Below the pieces are notes generated by a model. That model was not told the DNA's origin, did no database searches, and was given only the letters and a program-made list of their open reading frames with translations. Below, one piece after another: positions 38,931 through 49,374 of a stretch of 64,000 nucleotides of DNA. The position numbers and the translations under genes are program-made. Origin of the DNA: Porphyridium purpureum (Eukaryota); assembly GCA_008690995.1 (NCBI GenBank), contig VRMN01000001.1, forward strand, positions 2,976,001 through 3,040,000, in the 5' to 3' direction. Each line of letters starts with the position of its first letter. Position 1 is the first letter of the stretch.

Positions 38931-39602
38931 ATGGCTGCTGCGTTTGTGAGCGGAGCGGGCGCGGCGCTGGGCCGCGTCAACAAGGTGGCGGCGATCCAGA
39001 GCAAGAGCGTCAAGGCAGCGGTGCCCGTCAAGGCCGGCCGCATCGCTATGATGGCGGAGATGTCCAAGAGCATTCCGTTCCTGGAGAAGCCGAAGAACCT
39101 GGACGGCTCTATGGCCGGCGACGTAGGCTTCGACCCACTGGGCTTCTCCGACAAGTGGGACGTCAAGTTCCTCCGTGAGGCTGAGCTCAAGCACGGCCGC
39201 ATCTGCATGCTCGCCGCGCTCGGCTTCATCTACCCGGAAATCATGGGGGGCAAGTCCATCCCGTCTCCAGAAGGTTACTTCACAGAGCTGAACCCGCTCA
39301 AGGCCGTCAAGACCATCCCAACCGCTGGTCTCCTGCAGATTGTGCTGTTCGTCATGGTGCTTGAGGCTATCTCATGGAACAAGGTCTTCATGGACAAGAC
39401 GAGCGCGCCAGGAGACTTCAAGTTCGACCCACTGGGCCTCAAGTCCCCCAAGATGGAACTCTCCGAGGTGAAGAACGGAAGATTGGCAATGATTGCCGTA
39501 GGTGGCATGATTCACCAAGTGCTCCTCACCAAGCAACCCATTCTTGCGCAGCTCAAGAACGGGCCGTACCTGCCAAAGGAGTCCATGTTCCCTATCTGGT
39601 AA
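38931..39602 (+). CDS. lhcr: Red-algal chlorophyll a-binding light-harvesting protein (PSI antenna)
   Basis: MAAAFV transit peptide, SKSIPFLEKP..LDGSMAGDVGFDPLGFS, REAELKHGRICMLA and EVKNGRLAMIA. Strong C/G third-position bias. Confidence 0.96.
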   Translation: MAAAFVSGAGAALGRVNKVAAIQSKSVKAAVPVKAGRIAMMAEMSKSIPFLEKPKNLDGSMAGDVGFDPLGFSDKWDVKFLREAELKHGRICMLAALGFIYPEIMGGKSIPSPEGYFTELNPLKAVKTIPTAGLLQIVLFVMVLEAISWNKVFMDKTSAPGDFKFDPLGLKSPKMELSEVKNGRLAMIAVGGMIHQVLLTKQPILAQLKNGPYLPKESMFPIW

Positions 39603-39887
39603 GTAAACACAAATGACCTCGCACCCCCCTGTGAGTTGACGATGTTCGATCAATGATAAAGCGCAAGCTGTCCCGGGTTCTTCAAGTCGTAGACAAGGGC
39701 ACACGAGCCTTGCGAGAACGTAACTGGCACCTTGTTCCGGCTTCCAGCCGCTTGTCATCTGATAGCATCGAAAACACCAACACATTCTGAAGACCGCGCG
39801 AAAGCAAGCGGGCAGTCGATCATATCCACTCTGGAGCGTTTGCCCGAAGCGTGGAACAAAAAGCTAGAGAAACACCATCACCTTCCT

Positions 39888-40982
39888 TTACTTAAAAAGG
39901 TCGGAAGCCGTTCGCCTGGTCTGCTTCGCGCTCCAGACCTTCAGCTCGCGCTCGACCAGCGCTGGATTCTCGACCGCATCAAAAATAAATTGCAGAGCCT
40001 TGCGCTCCACCGGCATCAGCTGCGGGTGCCAAAAGCGAATCAGCAAAACGTACCGCGTGTCCGTGCTGGATTCGTTAAAGGTCGAGTGCGTGAATGAGGT
40101 GTCAAACACAAGCGCTTTCCCGTTTTCCCAGAATCGCTGCTCGCCACCAACTTTGATCCACGATTGATTCGGCGGCGCGTCGAGAGCGAGATGGGCCGTC
40201 ATTATGAAATTGCAGTTATCCGTGTGTGGCTTGATACCCGTCTGCGGGCCCTGGCGGGCAAAAAAGACCTCGACTGATGGTACCTTGGCATCCTTAACGA
40301 TTTTCGTGGTCTTGCTAAACAGTTTGCTATTGGTCGGCTCCCAGACGCGATCCTGCAGCACCAGAGTGCGCCAATCCGGGCCATATTCCAGTGCAACATC
40401 CTTGACCGCAGGCACCCACACGTTCACGCCGCGCTTGACCACGTGCGAGTTGTCCGAGTAGGAGCGCCGCAGCTCGTCCCGAATCGTCTCCCAATTTTGT
40501 TCCAACTCGTGCACCCAGGGAAAATTCCCGCCGTTCGGGTCATGAAAGGGACGTGCGTCCAAGCCTTCAATGAAAGAGCCGCAGCGTTGCCAAAACTCCT
40601 CCCCATTCTGTCCTGACGGGTCCCAATTTTTCTCGTAGACTGTGCCCTTCTGCGCCAAGTGCCACGCTGCCAGCACACGTGCAATCTTGTCCTCGTCGAA
40701 CATTTCTTTCAACACTATCGCTACAGCCTCAAAGAACGTGTCCTCATCTTCCCGCACAGACTTTGCGGCGGCGCCGGGCGACGCTTCAGCGCCGAGCCGA
40801 TGACCGACTCGGTTTTGGCCACCGACACGTCGAGACACCACGACTCCATTCCCTGCCGCGCGTCCTCGACGGCTTCGCATGCCGACCACACATCTCGAGC
40901 TCGCGCCCGCACTACCTGAGCCCAAGCGCAGTGCGCATCCCGGCACAAATCCCGCCGCCGCCGCTGCCGTCACCATCGTCAT
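39888..40982 (-). CDS. Aspartyl/asparaginyl beta-hydroxylase-domain (AspH/LpxO-like) 2OG-Fe(II) dioxygenase, probably plastid-targeted
   Basis: ELEQNWETIRDEL, IKPHTD (HxD), WENGKALVFDTSFTH and RYVLLIRFWHP. AAAGFVPG transit-like N-terminus. Confidence 0.85.
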   Translation of the reverse strand: MTMVTAAAAAGFVPGCALRLGSGSAGASSRCVVGMRSRRGRAAGNGVVVSRRVGGQNRVGHRLGAEASPGAAAKSVREDEDTFFEAVAIVLKEMFDEDKIARVLAAWHLAQKGTVYEKNWDPSGQNGEEFWQRCGSFIEGLDARPFHDPNGGNFPWVHELEQNWETIRDELRRSYSDNSHVVKRGVNVWVPAVKDVALEYGPDWRTLVLQDRVWEPTNSKLFSKTTKIVKDAKVPSVEVFFARQGPQTGIKPHTDNCNFIMTAHLALDAPPNQSWIKVGGEQRFWENGKALVFDTSFTHSTFNESSTDTRYVLLIRFWHPQLMPVERKALQFIFDAVENPALVERELKVWSAKQTRRTASDLFK

Positions 40983-41417
40983 CGTTATCCCATGTCCATC
41001 CGTCCACAGCAAGAAGTCGCCATGTCGCAGCAACTCGAATCTCGACGCCGCATCGCTCATGTCGAAGTACAGTGTGTACTGTGGTTGAGTACAGTGAAGG
41101 TTCAGTGCGCATGGCACGAAGTCGCGCTTGGTTCGAAACTGACCAGCACGTTCAAATTTTCAAATTCTTTGTATGTAAACGAGCGCGTTTGATGGGAAAC
41201 CGCGTGGGACGGAGGAACATGGACGGCAGTGGATGACATGATGTGGTGGTGGGTTGGTGGATGCGTGTGTGTTGGTTGTTTGGGCAGACCAAGTGCGTGT
41301 GCGGCCGGGGTGTTTCTCGCATGAGACGAGCTGCGAGCGGTGGGTTAGCGCTCTGCTGACGGCTCTTTGTAGAAGGAGTGCGGACGAGCGCGGAACTAAG
41401 ACGCGACTCAGAGTCGG

Positions 41418-44162
41418 ATGGAGATTTACAGGGACAGTGATGTGCCTGAGGCGCACGCGTCCGTGCGTCCGGCAAGGCTGCTGGCGCCGCCGCGCGTGCT
41501 TGGTGAGCGCGACATGAATGTCGGGGCGCTGGATCTGCTCGTGCACAAGCACATGGATTCGAAAGCACAACGCGACGCCCGCGCGTCCGAGCTGCAGCTG
41601 CAGCTGCGGGGCACGGTCGAGAAGAGGGCAGAAGCGAACCTGAGTGCTGTCGGAAGAAACAACGAGACTCATGCTGGGATTGTAGCGACGGGGAAAACCC
41701 ATGGGGGGTCAAGCGCCGTTTGCGAAGCAGAGCAAAACCACGCGCACACCGCTGTCACGCAGCAGGACTCCACCAGACAAGGCTCTGCAAGGCCCGGAGA
41801 GGACACAGCCCGGGCCGTGTCCACGTCGGTCTTATCTGATCCTTTTGCAAATGGACTGGCGGCAGTGCCGTCTCAGCGGCTTTTGCGTCGAGCCAATCAG
41901 TTGGAGAGCGCGCTGACGGGAGGAAGCAGAGCAAACGCGGCTCCGCTGACGCCACACAGCACAAGCACGGACACCAAGAGCCACATTGCCGTAAAAGACA
42001 ATCCATGGACTCTGAGTGCCAAACCGTCTTCGACCCGGAGCGCATCGCGTGATGCGGCAATTGGATCAGATCAAAGCACAAACAAAGTGATCGCAAAGTC
42101 AAACGCATGGACTTGTGAAGTGTCTGATCTGCTTGACAACTTGGACGCGCACCTCCCTGCTTCACTTGCAGAGCGTGTAAGCCGATTGGGCGCCATTAAC
42201 ACTCCACAAAGCGAGCCCGCGGGCCTGCGGAGCAGCAACAAGCAGCGCCATGTCTACAGTGAGAGCACCGAATATGGACGAAACGGCGTCCAATCCGACC
42301 GAGGAAGCGTTTCGCGCCCCGAAGCAGCAATTGATGCAGCAGATGGGAAGGCCCCGTCTCGTGCAAGCGTGCTCCAATCATCTCGCGGTAGTACAGGCGG
42401 AAGCGAAGCGACGGCGTTTGGGGTCAAAAAGGAGAGCCCTGAAGACCATGACCATGCATTCAAGACTCCAAAACGCCGACTTGGTGAGGCATTCGAGTCT
42501 GCTAGCATGCAGGTGAACGGAACAAATGACACAGAGTCTCATATTCCACGTCTTGATCAGACAGACTTGCCTGAAGACGTGCGCAGTGCGCTTGAGCAGC
42601 TGTGCAGCGCTGAGTCAAACGCCAACTGGTTGACCATGAGCCAATGCTTTCAAACCTTGACAGATCACGCGCGAAAGGAGGTGCAAAACGAGAACACGAG
42701 CACGAAGCTTTCGTTCAGCTTCAGCTTAAAGGCGCTTGAAAAAATGCTCGTCGCGATCGCCACTCATCTGACTGCCTCAAGTCGTCCGTCTTTGCGACGG
42801 AATGCATGTGAGCTCCTCGAGGTGTGTTTAATTCGAGCACAAGCAGTGGGTGTGAATTGTCACGAGCTCGCGGACCCCGCATGTAGCCAAGTAGCATGCG
42901 CTTTGTACAAGGTGCTTTGTGCTGGGTCGCGGATTGTGCATGAGGTCGCTGCTCTCGCGCTGGCGGCCGCCGTGCAATGGACGGACTTACGCTCACTCGC
43001 TGCATTTGACAGGCAAGAGCTCGAAGTTTTGCGCAGGAGCTGTGAAGGCGTGATGGATAGCCCGACATTAGAGGATTTGCCGCGTTCCAGGATTCTCTCC
43101 TTGCAGCAGAGTGTTGAGAAGCAAATGGCTTTACATGATGTTGCTCCGGCAAAAGTGATGAATGAAATGAAAGCAGAATCAGACCATGGCACGGCGACAA
43201 CGGAGCTTGCCACGACTTCCATCTCACCAGCAGAACAGTCAGCGGTCGATGCAGCTGCACCCGAGCCTGTGAAGCTTGTGGTGGCTCGTGAGCAAGAAAC
43301 GATTGAAGATTTGCAAGCAAGGAATTCGTTTCTTATCAATCGATTAGAAGAGTTCAAAGCGACGCTCGAAAATCTGTGGCACAACAACCCGTACTCGCGC
43401 GAGCGTGATGAGCTCCTCGCGCGATTGAACGAGCGAGAAAGCGAAAACGCCCAGCTCAAGGCAGAAATGTTTGGCTACGACTCCAAGTACAAAAGTCTGT
43501 ACAAGCGGTATCAAGAGCAAACGCAATTAGCAGAGCAGCGACACGCAGCGCGAGACGAAGCCGCGGCGAGTCGAAGGGAGCTCCGCGAAGCGTCAAAGCA
43601 GCTCATTGAGTGGCGGCAGCAAAAGCATACCGAGATTGAAAAGTACAAGGTGCTTCTCAAACAGAGCACGGAACGAAGCGAACAAGCGCAACGCTCGGCG
43701 CTTGCGGAGCAAGATCAGTCGAAAGCATTACGGAACGAACGTGACGAGCTTGCTGCGCGAGTCGAACAACTGCATCAGGTTGAAAAAGTATGCGAAGACC
43801 TTCGGGAGCAAGTGCGCGTGCTGGAGCAAAAGTCCTCACAGGAGCAACCAAAACTCGAGCAGCTCGGCCGTCAGCTCGAGGAGCGCAAAGGAGAAGTGGA
43901 TTCACTGATGAAACAGAACCAGATGCTGAAAGCGCGCACCGAAGAACTAGAGCGGAACACGATCGAGCGCAAGCGCTTGGCGGACGAAAACCAGCGTCTC
44001 AAAGCGAGTGCGTATGATAGCGCCAAAAGAATTGAGGATCTCGAGACGAACTTGAATTACGAACGGCACGCGAACTTGAAGTTGGAAAAGCTTGTTGAGA
44101 CAGCCAATGAAAGGAGCAACTATTTGCAGGATCTGCTAGATCAGCTGCAGTCGCGCGTGTAG
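41418..44162 (+). CDS. Protein with disordered N-terminus, central HEAT/TOG-like helical region and long C-terminal coiled coil
   Basis: NW...QCFQTL and SSRPSLRRNACELL resemble TOG/CLASP HEAT motifs. Roughly 280 aa of E/K/R/Q heptad tail. Confidence 0.7.
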   Translation: MEIYRDSDVPEAHASVRPARLLAPPRVLGERDMNVGALDLLVHKHMDSKAQRDARASELQLQLRGTVEKRAEANLSAVGRNNETHAGIVATGKTHGGSSAVCEAEQNHAHTAVTQQDSTRQGSARPGEDTARAVSTSVLSDPFANGLAAVPSQRLLRRANQLESALTGGSRANAAPLTPHSTSTDTKSHIAVKDNPWTLSAKPSSTRSASRDAAIGSDQSTNKVIAKSNAWTCEVSDLLDNLDAHLPASLAERVSRLGAINTPQSEPAGLRSSNKQRHVYSESTEYGRNGVQSDRGSVSRPEAAIDAADGKAPSRASVLQSSRGSTGGSEATAFGVKKESPEDHDHAFKTPKRRLGEAFESASMQVNGTNDTESHIPRLDQTDLPEDVRSALEQLCSAESNANWLTMSQCFQTLTDHARKEVQNENTSTKLSFSFSLKALEKMLVAIATHLTASSRPSLRRNACELLEVCLIRAQAVGVNCHELADPACSQVACALYKVLCAGSRIVHEVAALALAAAVQWTDLRSLAAFDRQELEVLRRSCEGVMDSPTLEDLPRSRILSLQQSVEKQMALHDVAPAKVMNEMKAESDHGTATTELATTSISPAEQSAVDAAAPEPVKLVVAREQETIEDLQARNSFLINRLEEFKATLENLWHNNPYSRERDELLARLNERESENAQLKAEMFGYDSKYKSLYKRYQEQTQLAEQRHAARDEAAASRRELREASKQLIEWRQQKHTEIEKYKVLLKQSTERSEQAQRSALAEQDQSKALRNERDELAARVEQLHQVEKVCEDLREQVRVLEQKSSQEQPKLEQLGRQLEERKGEVDSLMKQNQMLKARTEELERNTIERKRLADENQRLKASAYDSAKRIEDLETNLNYERHANLKLEKLVETANERSNYLQDLLDQLQSRV

Positions 44163-44485
44163 TGAGAGTAAACGAATTGCCTACTATTAGACACTTGTGC
44201 ATCGTGCGTCATAGTTTGGATCACTTCTTGTTCCTGCCATCTGGTGCTCATGAAAGCAAGTAGAACAGTGATTGAACGAACTGAATTCCCGCTAAAAGCT
44301 CTGAAGCGACGCAGCTCTGAACGCAAGCTTAGTCGGAACTGCCAAGGACGCACGCAATACGAAACCAATCGTGCGAACGAAAAGTCTGACTTTACAGAAA
44401 AGAATCTACCATTCCATCAATCTGTGCTTCCAGAACCCGTCCGAGATTGATTCACTGAGTTAGTTTTTGATTAGTATCTGTCATT

Positions 44486-47254
44486 TCAAGAATTGAGGCA
44501 CGTGGTGTTGTCGTCCGCAACAAACCAGTGCCTAAAGGACTTTGCGCGCGAAATTTTGGCGTCGAGACCAATGATAAAATTATTGTTCACCACAACGGGC
44601 CTCTCGAAAGCGTGTTGTGCCTTTGAATTCGTGTACCAAGTCCCGTCAACCACAGTGCCTACAGGCAGCGCACAAAAGCGCGTCGTATCCGCCAACAGCC
44701 AGTAAAGTGGCGGAAACGACGCCTTCCTGAAAAGCCACGCAAAGACAGACTCAAAGCGACTGCTCAAAGTTTGCGTCAATATGCGTGAGATAATGCTTTG
44801 GTCATTCTCCACATCAATTCGTCTGCTGGGGTGTGGTTCGGTTTTCATGCGCGCTCTAGCCACTGCAAGAGCGCTTTCAAACTTGGACGCCACGAGCCCG
44901 GCAACAAGCGCGCTTTGTGACGAGCCCGAGAAGAACAGAAAATTGCCTCCGATCTCGTTTCGCGAGTTCAGTGCGCCTATGACATCGCACTTTGACTGCC
45001 GGTGCATATCGACAAGGTTCGGAAGGGGATTCTGCAGCCACACCTGGTCCAGATCGAACAGCAGCACGCTGATGCCCATATTTACAAGCGTGCGCACGAC
45101 GACCGCGCGCCGGTGCATCAGGCGCCAGTACGACCACGTACCGAACTTGCGTTCTTCGGTCTCGACAGACGTCTCCCCAACTTCCTCCCGTTCTGAAATA
45201 TCCACAATCAGCGCATGCGGGTACGAACGCCGAAGAAGCGAAAGAAATTGTGCATCGCCGTATGCTAGCAGTACCAAGCCAGGCAATGTCCATTGATGGC
45301 CAGCAGTGTTGCAATGCCAGCTATTCAGCATCCCTAGAAAACTGCGCGAGACAAGGCTAAGCACCACCGAATTATTGTGCCTGTGCGAGAATTCGGCAAG
45401 GTTCGTATTCATCGTGAAATGCTTGATTCCATGTCGACAACGAAGCATGGTGTCGCTGCTTTTGCTCATGGCTGTCCCAGTCAAATCCAGAGCCGCGTTT
45501 GCTACTTGATTTTCGATCAAACGCACGTTTCCCAGTGCTAGAGCTTGACTCAATGCGCCCAAGACCGGAGCATTTAACGGAAAGAGCGGCTCCTGAAGTA
45601 CGCTGTCGGCGCGGGTTAAAAGCAAGCGCGCACCCAGTGGATCAAACAACGAGATCAGACCAACTTCAAAGCTGTGCGCAAATTCCTCCAGAAACCGGAA
45701 AAGCGTGCGGAAACTCGCACCCTTTGCCAAGCGGATTCCACGGCTGCCGTTTCGATGCCAAAGCATGGCGTTTGGTGCGTTCATATGGTAAAAGCGGTGG
45801 AATTGATCCCAGCTATCGGCATGTACCGCAAGGGTTTGAAGATTGAACCATCGGTACTTTTCATTAAGGCGCCATATGTGGCACTGGAGCGGCACAGTCG
45901 TCCCGTCGATGGCTGCAGCTACGTCGACGACGAAGAATTCGTACTTGCAGCTGGGTGAAAACTGGGACGTGTATGAAGTATCGACATGGTCTGCGGTAAT
46001 CCATAGCTCGCTGAATGCAAACCCACGAGCCAGTTCTGCACGGGATGCAAATGCAGACTCCACCCATGCAATGAGCGCCGGAGATAGCGTCACGGCATCG
46101 GAACGAAGAAACAAAAGCCTCCGGTCCACTCTCGCCAAGAAGCCCTTCTCGTGTGAGCTTCCAGCTCCGCTGCTTCCACTGGCAGCTGTACTTTTTGACC
46201 TTGAGCACAGGGCATCCCGCAAATTCCCATACACACTTTGCGGCGTGTACATCTCGACCCACGCCACGCCAGCGTTGTAATCGGGCGGAAGAAGTTTTAG
46301 AATGCGAATGCCATTCCGCCAAGGAACGCGAAGTGCCTCGCGCATGAACACAGGTATTGCGTCACGCGCGCCAGAACTGTCGTACGTCACCCAGACTTCG
46401 ATATCGACACTTACGTTTTGCTGCAACGGCGTCGCCACTCCGATTACAGAAAAATTCGCTTGTGCGGCTTGCACGATACGATCAAGTTCCCAGTATAGAC
46501 GCTCTAGTCTGCGTATCGAAGGTGTAATGGTCGTCGTAATCACCAGGCGCTCGGAAGACGAGCAAAAGCTGTCTCTATACGCATCTGTGCTGAGCTGGCT
46601 GTCAAATGCGTTTGCCAATGATCGAAACGATACGCTTGACTGGTCCATCGAGCGCTTGTACACGCGTGGTCGATCGAGAATGAATTTGAGCTCATTCTCC
46701 AGCGACTCACGAGACAGTACCGGCATGGCGATGCGCAGAGCGAGGGCGTACATCACACCACACGCAGCCAAGCTGAGCAACAGAACGAGCCAAAGAGAGA
46801 ACACAGGCGGTTGCTCGTTTCCGTTGCTTCCGGGAGAGGGCGAGCTCGCTTTCGGGGGAAGCCAGATGATCCAGTGCTGCGCGCACCATCTGCGCGCGCG
46901 CGCTAATTTCGACCGGACAACCTGTTGCCAACTGATGCCAGAACTAGTACCTGCATGACTGCTACCGGCGTTACCACAGATATTTCCACTGCTGCTGTTG
47001 CTGCTGCCAAGCATCGCATTTCCGCGCGCCGCGGCAGCAAGACTCAGATGCGCAGGAGATGCGTCGCCGTCAGGCGTGGCGCCTCCTTCATCTGCGCCAC
47101 AATTTTCGCTCCGCAGCACGCGGACGCGCAACAGGGACATGTCACCCCTTTGCATAGAGCGCTGCTGCGCGCGCGCAGCGACGCAAGGCGCGCGAACCTG
47201 CAAGTCGTCGCGGGTGGAACCGCCACTCGCGTCGTGTGTTCGTGCGTTTCTCAC
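44486..47254 (-). CDS. Type II membrane glycosyltransferase: GT-A-like domain fused to GT77 (nucleotide-diphospho-sugar transferase)
   Basis: TM LWLVLLLSLAACGVMYALAL. GT77 motifs MLNSWHCN, GISVLLFDLDQVWLQNP, NDQ and NNFIIG..AK..RAK...HWF. True start may be ~47155. Confidence 0.8.
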   Translation of the reverse strand: MRNARTHDASGGSTRDDLQVRAPCVAARAQQRSMQRGDMSLLRVRVLRSENCGADEGGATPDGDASPAHLSLAAAARGNAMLGSSNSSSGNICGNAGSSHAGTSSGISWQQVVRSKLARARRWCAQHWIIWLPPKASSPSPGSNGNEQPPVFSLWLVLLLSLAACGVMYALALRIAMPVLSRESLENELKFILDRPRVYKRSMDQSSVSFRSLANAFDSQLSTDAYRDSFCSSSERLVITTTITPSIRRLERLYWELDRIVQAAQANFSVIGVATPLQQNVSVDIEVWVTYDSSGARDAIPVFMREALRVPWRNGIRILKLLPPDYNAGVAWVEMYTPQSVYGNLRDALCSRSKSTAASGSSGAGSSHEKGFLARVDRRLLFLRSDAVTLSPALIAWVESAFASRAELARGFAFSELWITADHVDTSYTSQFSPSCKYEFFVVDVAAAIDGTTVPLQCHIWRLNEKYRWFNLQTLAVHADSWDQFHRFYHMNAPNAMLWHRNGSRGIRLAKGASFRTLFRFLEEFAHSFEVGLISLFDPLGARLLLTRADSVLQEPLFPLNAPVLGALSQALALGNVRLIENQVANAALDLTGTAMSKSSDTMLRCRHGIKHFTMNTNLAEFSHRHNNSVVLSLVSRSFLGMLNSWHCNTAGHQWTLPGLVLLAYGDAQFLSLLRRSYPHALIVDISEREEVGETSVETEERKFGTWSYWRLMHRRAVVVRTLVNMGISVLLFDLDQVWLQNPLPNLVDMHRQSKCDVIGALNSRNEIGGNFLFFSGSSQSALVAGLVASKFESALAVARARMKTEPHPSRRIDVENDQSIISRILTQTLSSRFESVFAWLFRKASFPPLYWLLADTTRFCALPVGTVVDGTWYTNSKAQHAFERPVVVNNNFIIGLDAKISRAKSFRHWFVADDNTTCLNS

Positions 47255-47471
47255 ACGCGCACACGCAAGCGCCTACCGGACAAAAGGTCTGCCACACTTG
47301 GGTCCGTGGCAATGCGGGAAAAGCAAAGACACGGTGCATTCTCTCATATTAAATGCGCAGTTTAGAACATGTGAAATGCATTGCAATGGAATGCCATGTG
47401 GCGGATGGGAACGAGGTTGTGCGCGGTCTGGCGCGAAGACACGATGCAGGCGCGTCGCAAAGGAGGAGACG

Positions 47472-47954
47472 ATGAAAGGCGCGGTGCTTTGTACTGGAGC
47501 CGATGGAGGTGCGGCGGAATGGGTGCTGATGGAGCTGCAGGGCACTGTGAACGCCGTGGCCCCTGACTGTGGCGCAGAAGCTTCGGCGGGCCTGCCAGAC
47601 CACCAGCAAGACGGACGCGAGCACGCCAGCGCGAATGATGCCGAGTCGTGCCCGGCCGGAGTAATGGAATGGTCTGCGTTGGATGGCATACCTGTGGGCA
47701 ATCTCCTGATGGACCCGAACTCGGACCAAGCCGTGCTTGTCATCCAGAATCATCGGCTGAACGGGAAGCAGGTCGTCCTGCGCAAGCCACTGCATGTCAT
47801 GAGGCGATCGGACGAGAGCACGCCTACCGGTCAGGTCAAGTGGGAGATTATTGGCAAGGTTACGCGCTCCGTTGTCTTCAAGGAGCGACCTACGCCCATC
47901 GTGCGCCAGACGGGCGTCAAGGCGCAGTCCAAAAAGCGATCCTTTTTCGGGTAG
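47472..47954 (+). CDS. CTF8: Chromosome transmission fidelity protein 8
   Basis: EWVLMELQG, LVIQNHRLNGKQVVLRKPL.V and VVFKERPTPIV. Confidence 0.9.
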   Translation: MKGAVLCTGADGGAAEWVLMELQGTVNAVAPDCGAEASAGLPDHQQDGREHASANDAESCPAGVMEWSALDGIPVGNLLMDPNSDQAVLVIQNHRLNGKQVVLRKPLHVMRRSDESTPTGQVKWEIIGKVTRSVVFKERPTPIVRQTGVKAQSKKRSFFG

Positions 47955-48077
47955 TCGGAAATGAACACTTTATCGCGGTCGCACAGCTGCACTGACAGCT
48001 TCTTGCATGAGGAATAAGAGCTTGACCGCAGCTTCCGTGCAAATAGAGAAAAGGATCCGCATACTCAAGCCTCAGAA

Positions 48078-49046
48078 TCACTGCGCTTTCTGTTCACGCT
48101 CCTTCTTTTTTAGCGCACGCGCACGAATTTTTCCGTGCAGGTCGTTCACGTACGACACCTGCGATTTTAGCGGCAAGAGCCTTAGAGCGTTTGCCATGGC
48201 ATCGTGTGGCCAATACGCATTCAGCTGCACATCTGAGCCGCGGGCATCCAAGCACAACTTGGCATAGAACGTTGCGGATGGCACAGTGAACGAGCTCTTG
48301 CGGAATTTGCTCATTTCAGAAACCACGTAGAAGGGAATGCAGCTCTGCACCGACACGTTGTACCGAGCGACTTCGCCGGAAAGTGAAATCGCGAGGCTGT
48401 CCATGTACGCTTTCGTGGCGCCGTAGATCGAAAGCATCGGGGCAGGCGATACAGTGCCTGCTGCAGAACTCATCATATAAATAGCGCCTTTCTTATTTGC
48501 GATCATGGCCGGAAGCAGCATGCGCGTCATCTTGTTGGTGGACGTGATGTTCACGCGTACGATGCGATCCTCCGCTTCCGGTTCCACATCCACAAAGTCT
48601 GTCGGGAACGGCACATTGACACCGACATTATTGACCAGCACGGAGACGTTCAAATCCTTGAGCGAGGCCTCGAGCGCTGCGTAGTCCTTTGCGGTCGCCG
48701 AGTCGAAATCGAAACGAATCACCTTGGTCTTGATGCCGGTATTCTGGCGCTCCACGTCGGCTGCGAGGGTCTTGAGCTTTTCTTCCGATCGCGCAAGAAG
48801 CACCACGTTCATCTTGCGCTTCGCGAGCTCGCGCACGAAGCCTTCACCAACACCCTGCGACGCGCCAGTCACGACGGCCCACTCACCGCGGAACGCAGCG
48901 TACGACGCTGGCGCGGCGTTTGGACGTAGAAAGTAGCGCAGAAGCCAGCCCGCCAGCCCGCCCAGTACGCGAGCCAACGCAACCGCGCCCAGGCCTAGCA
49001 GCACGTACGCGACAATCACCTTGTTCAACATCGCGGGATCCGCCAT
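48078..49046 (-). CDS. KCR: Very-long-chain 3-oxoacyl-CoA reductase (KCR/HSD17B12-like SDR)
   Basis: WAVVTGASQGVG, LVNNVG, YGATK, PFYVVSEMSKFRK and ARALKKK. N-terminal TM. Confidence 0.9.
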   Translation of the reverse strand: MADPAMLNKVIVAYVLLGLGAVALARVLGGLAGWLLRYFLRPNAAPASYAAFRGEWAVVTGASQGVGEGFVRELAKRKMNVVLLARSEEKLKTLAADVERQNTGIKTKVIRFDFDSATAKDYAALEASLKDLNVSVLVNNVGVNVPFPTDFVDVEPEAEDRIVRVNITSTNKMTRMLLPAMIANKKGAIYMMSSAAGTVSPAPMLSIYGATKAYMDSLAISLSGEVARYNVSVQSCIPFYVVSEMSKFRKSSFTVPSATFYAKLCLDARGSDVQLNAYWPHDAMANALRLLPLKSQVSYVNDLHGKIRARALKKKEREQKAQ

Positions 49047-49082
49047 CTTCGCGCTTTCGTGCTCTCGACTAGCTTCACACAG

Positions 49083-49110
49083 ACACACACACACACACAC
49101 ACACACACAC
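49083..49110. repeat. (AC)14 microsatellite just upstream of KCR
   Basis: Read directly. Confidence 0.9.
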
Positions 49111-49374
49111 CTTCTCCCCCTGCCCGCGCCATCACTGCCCGCGTTTAACTCCTTCATCTCATCTCAGTTTTCCATAGCAAACTGGCCTGCGTTTGCCATT
49201 TTTGGGTTTTGGGGTTTGTTGGGCTGCACGACCAGCAGGCGCTAGACGATGCGCTGCGGACGTGTGGGTGGTCGCGTGCGTGCGAAGCCGCCGCTGGGCA
49301 CGAGGTGTGTGCGGCTGCGCAGCTGAGCGAATTCTAAAATACATCGCTTGGTTTGAACAGCAAAGCATTCAAGC

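Noticed and set aside
3637..47254. Exopolysaccharide gene cluster (acyltransferase, sulfotransferase, GT77)
   Set aside because: The genes are ~12-25 kb apart and separated by unrelated housekeeping genes, so there is no evidence of clustering.
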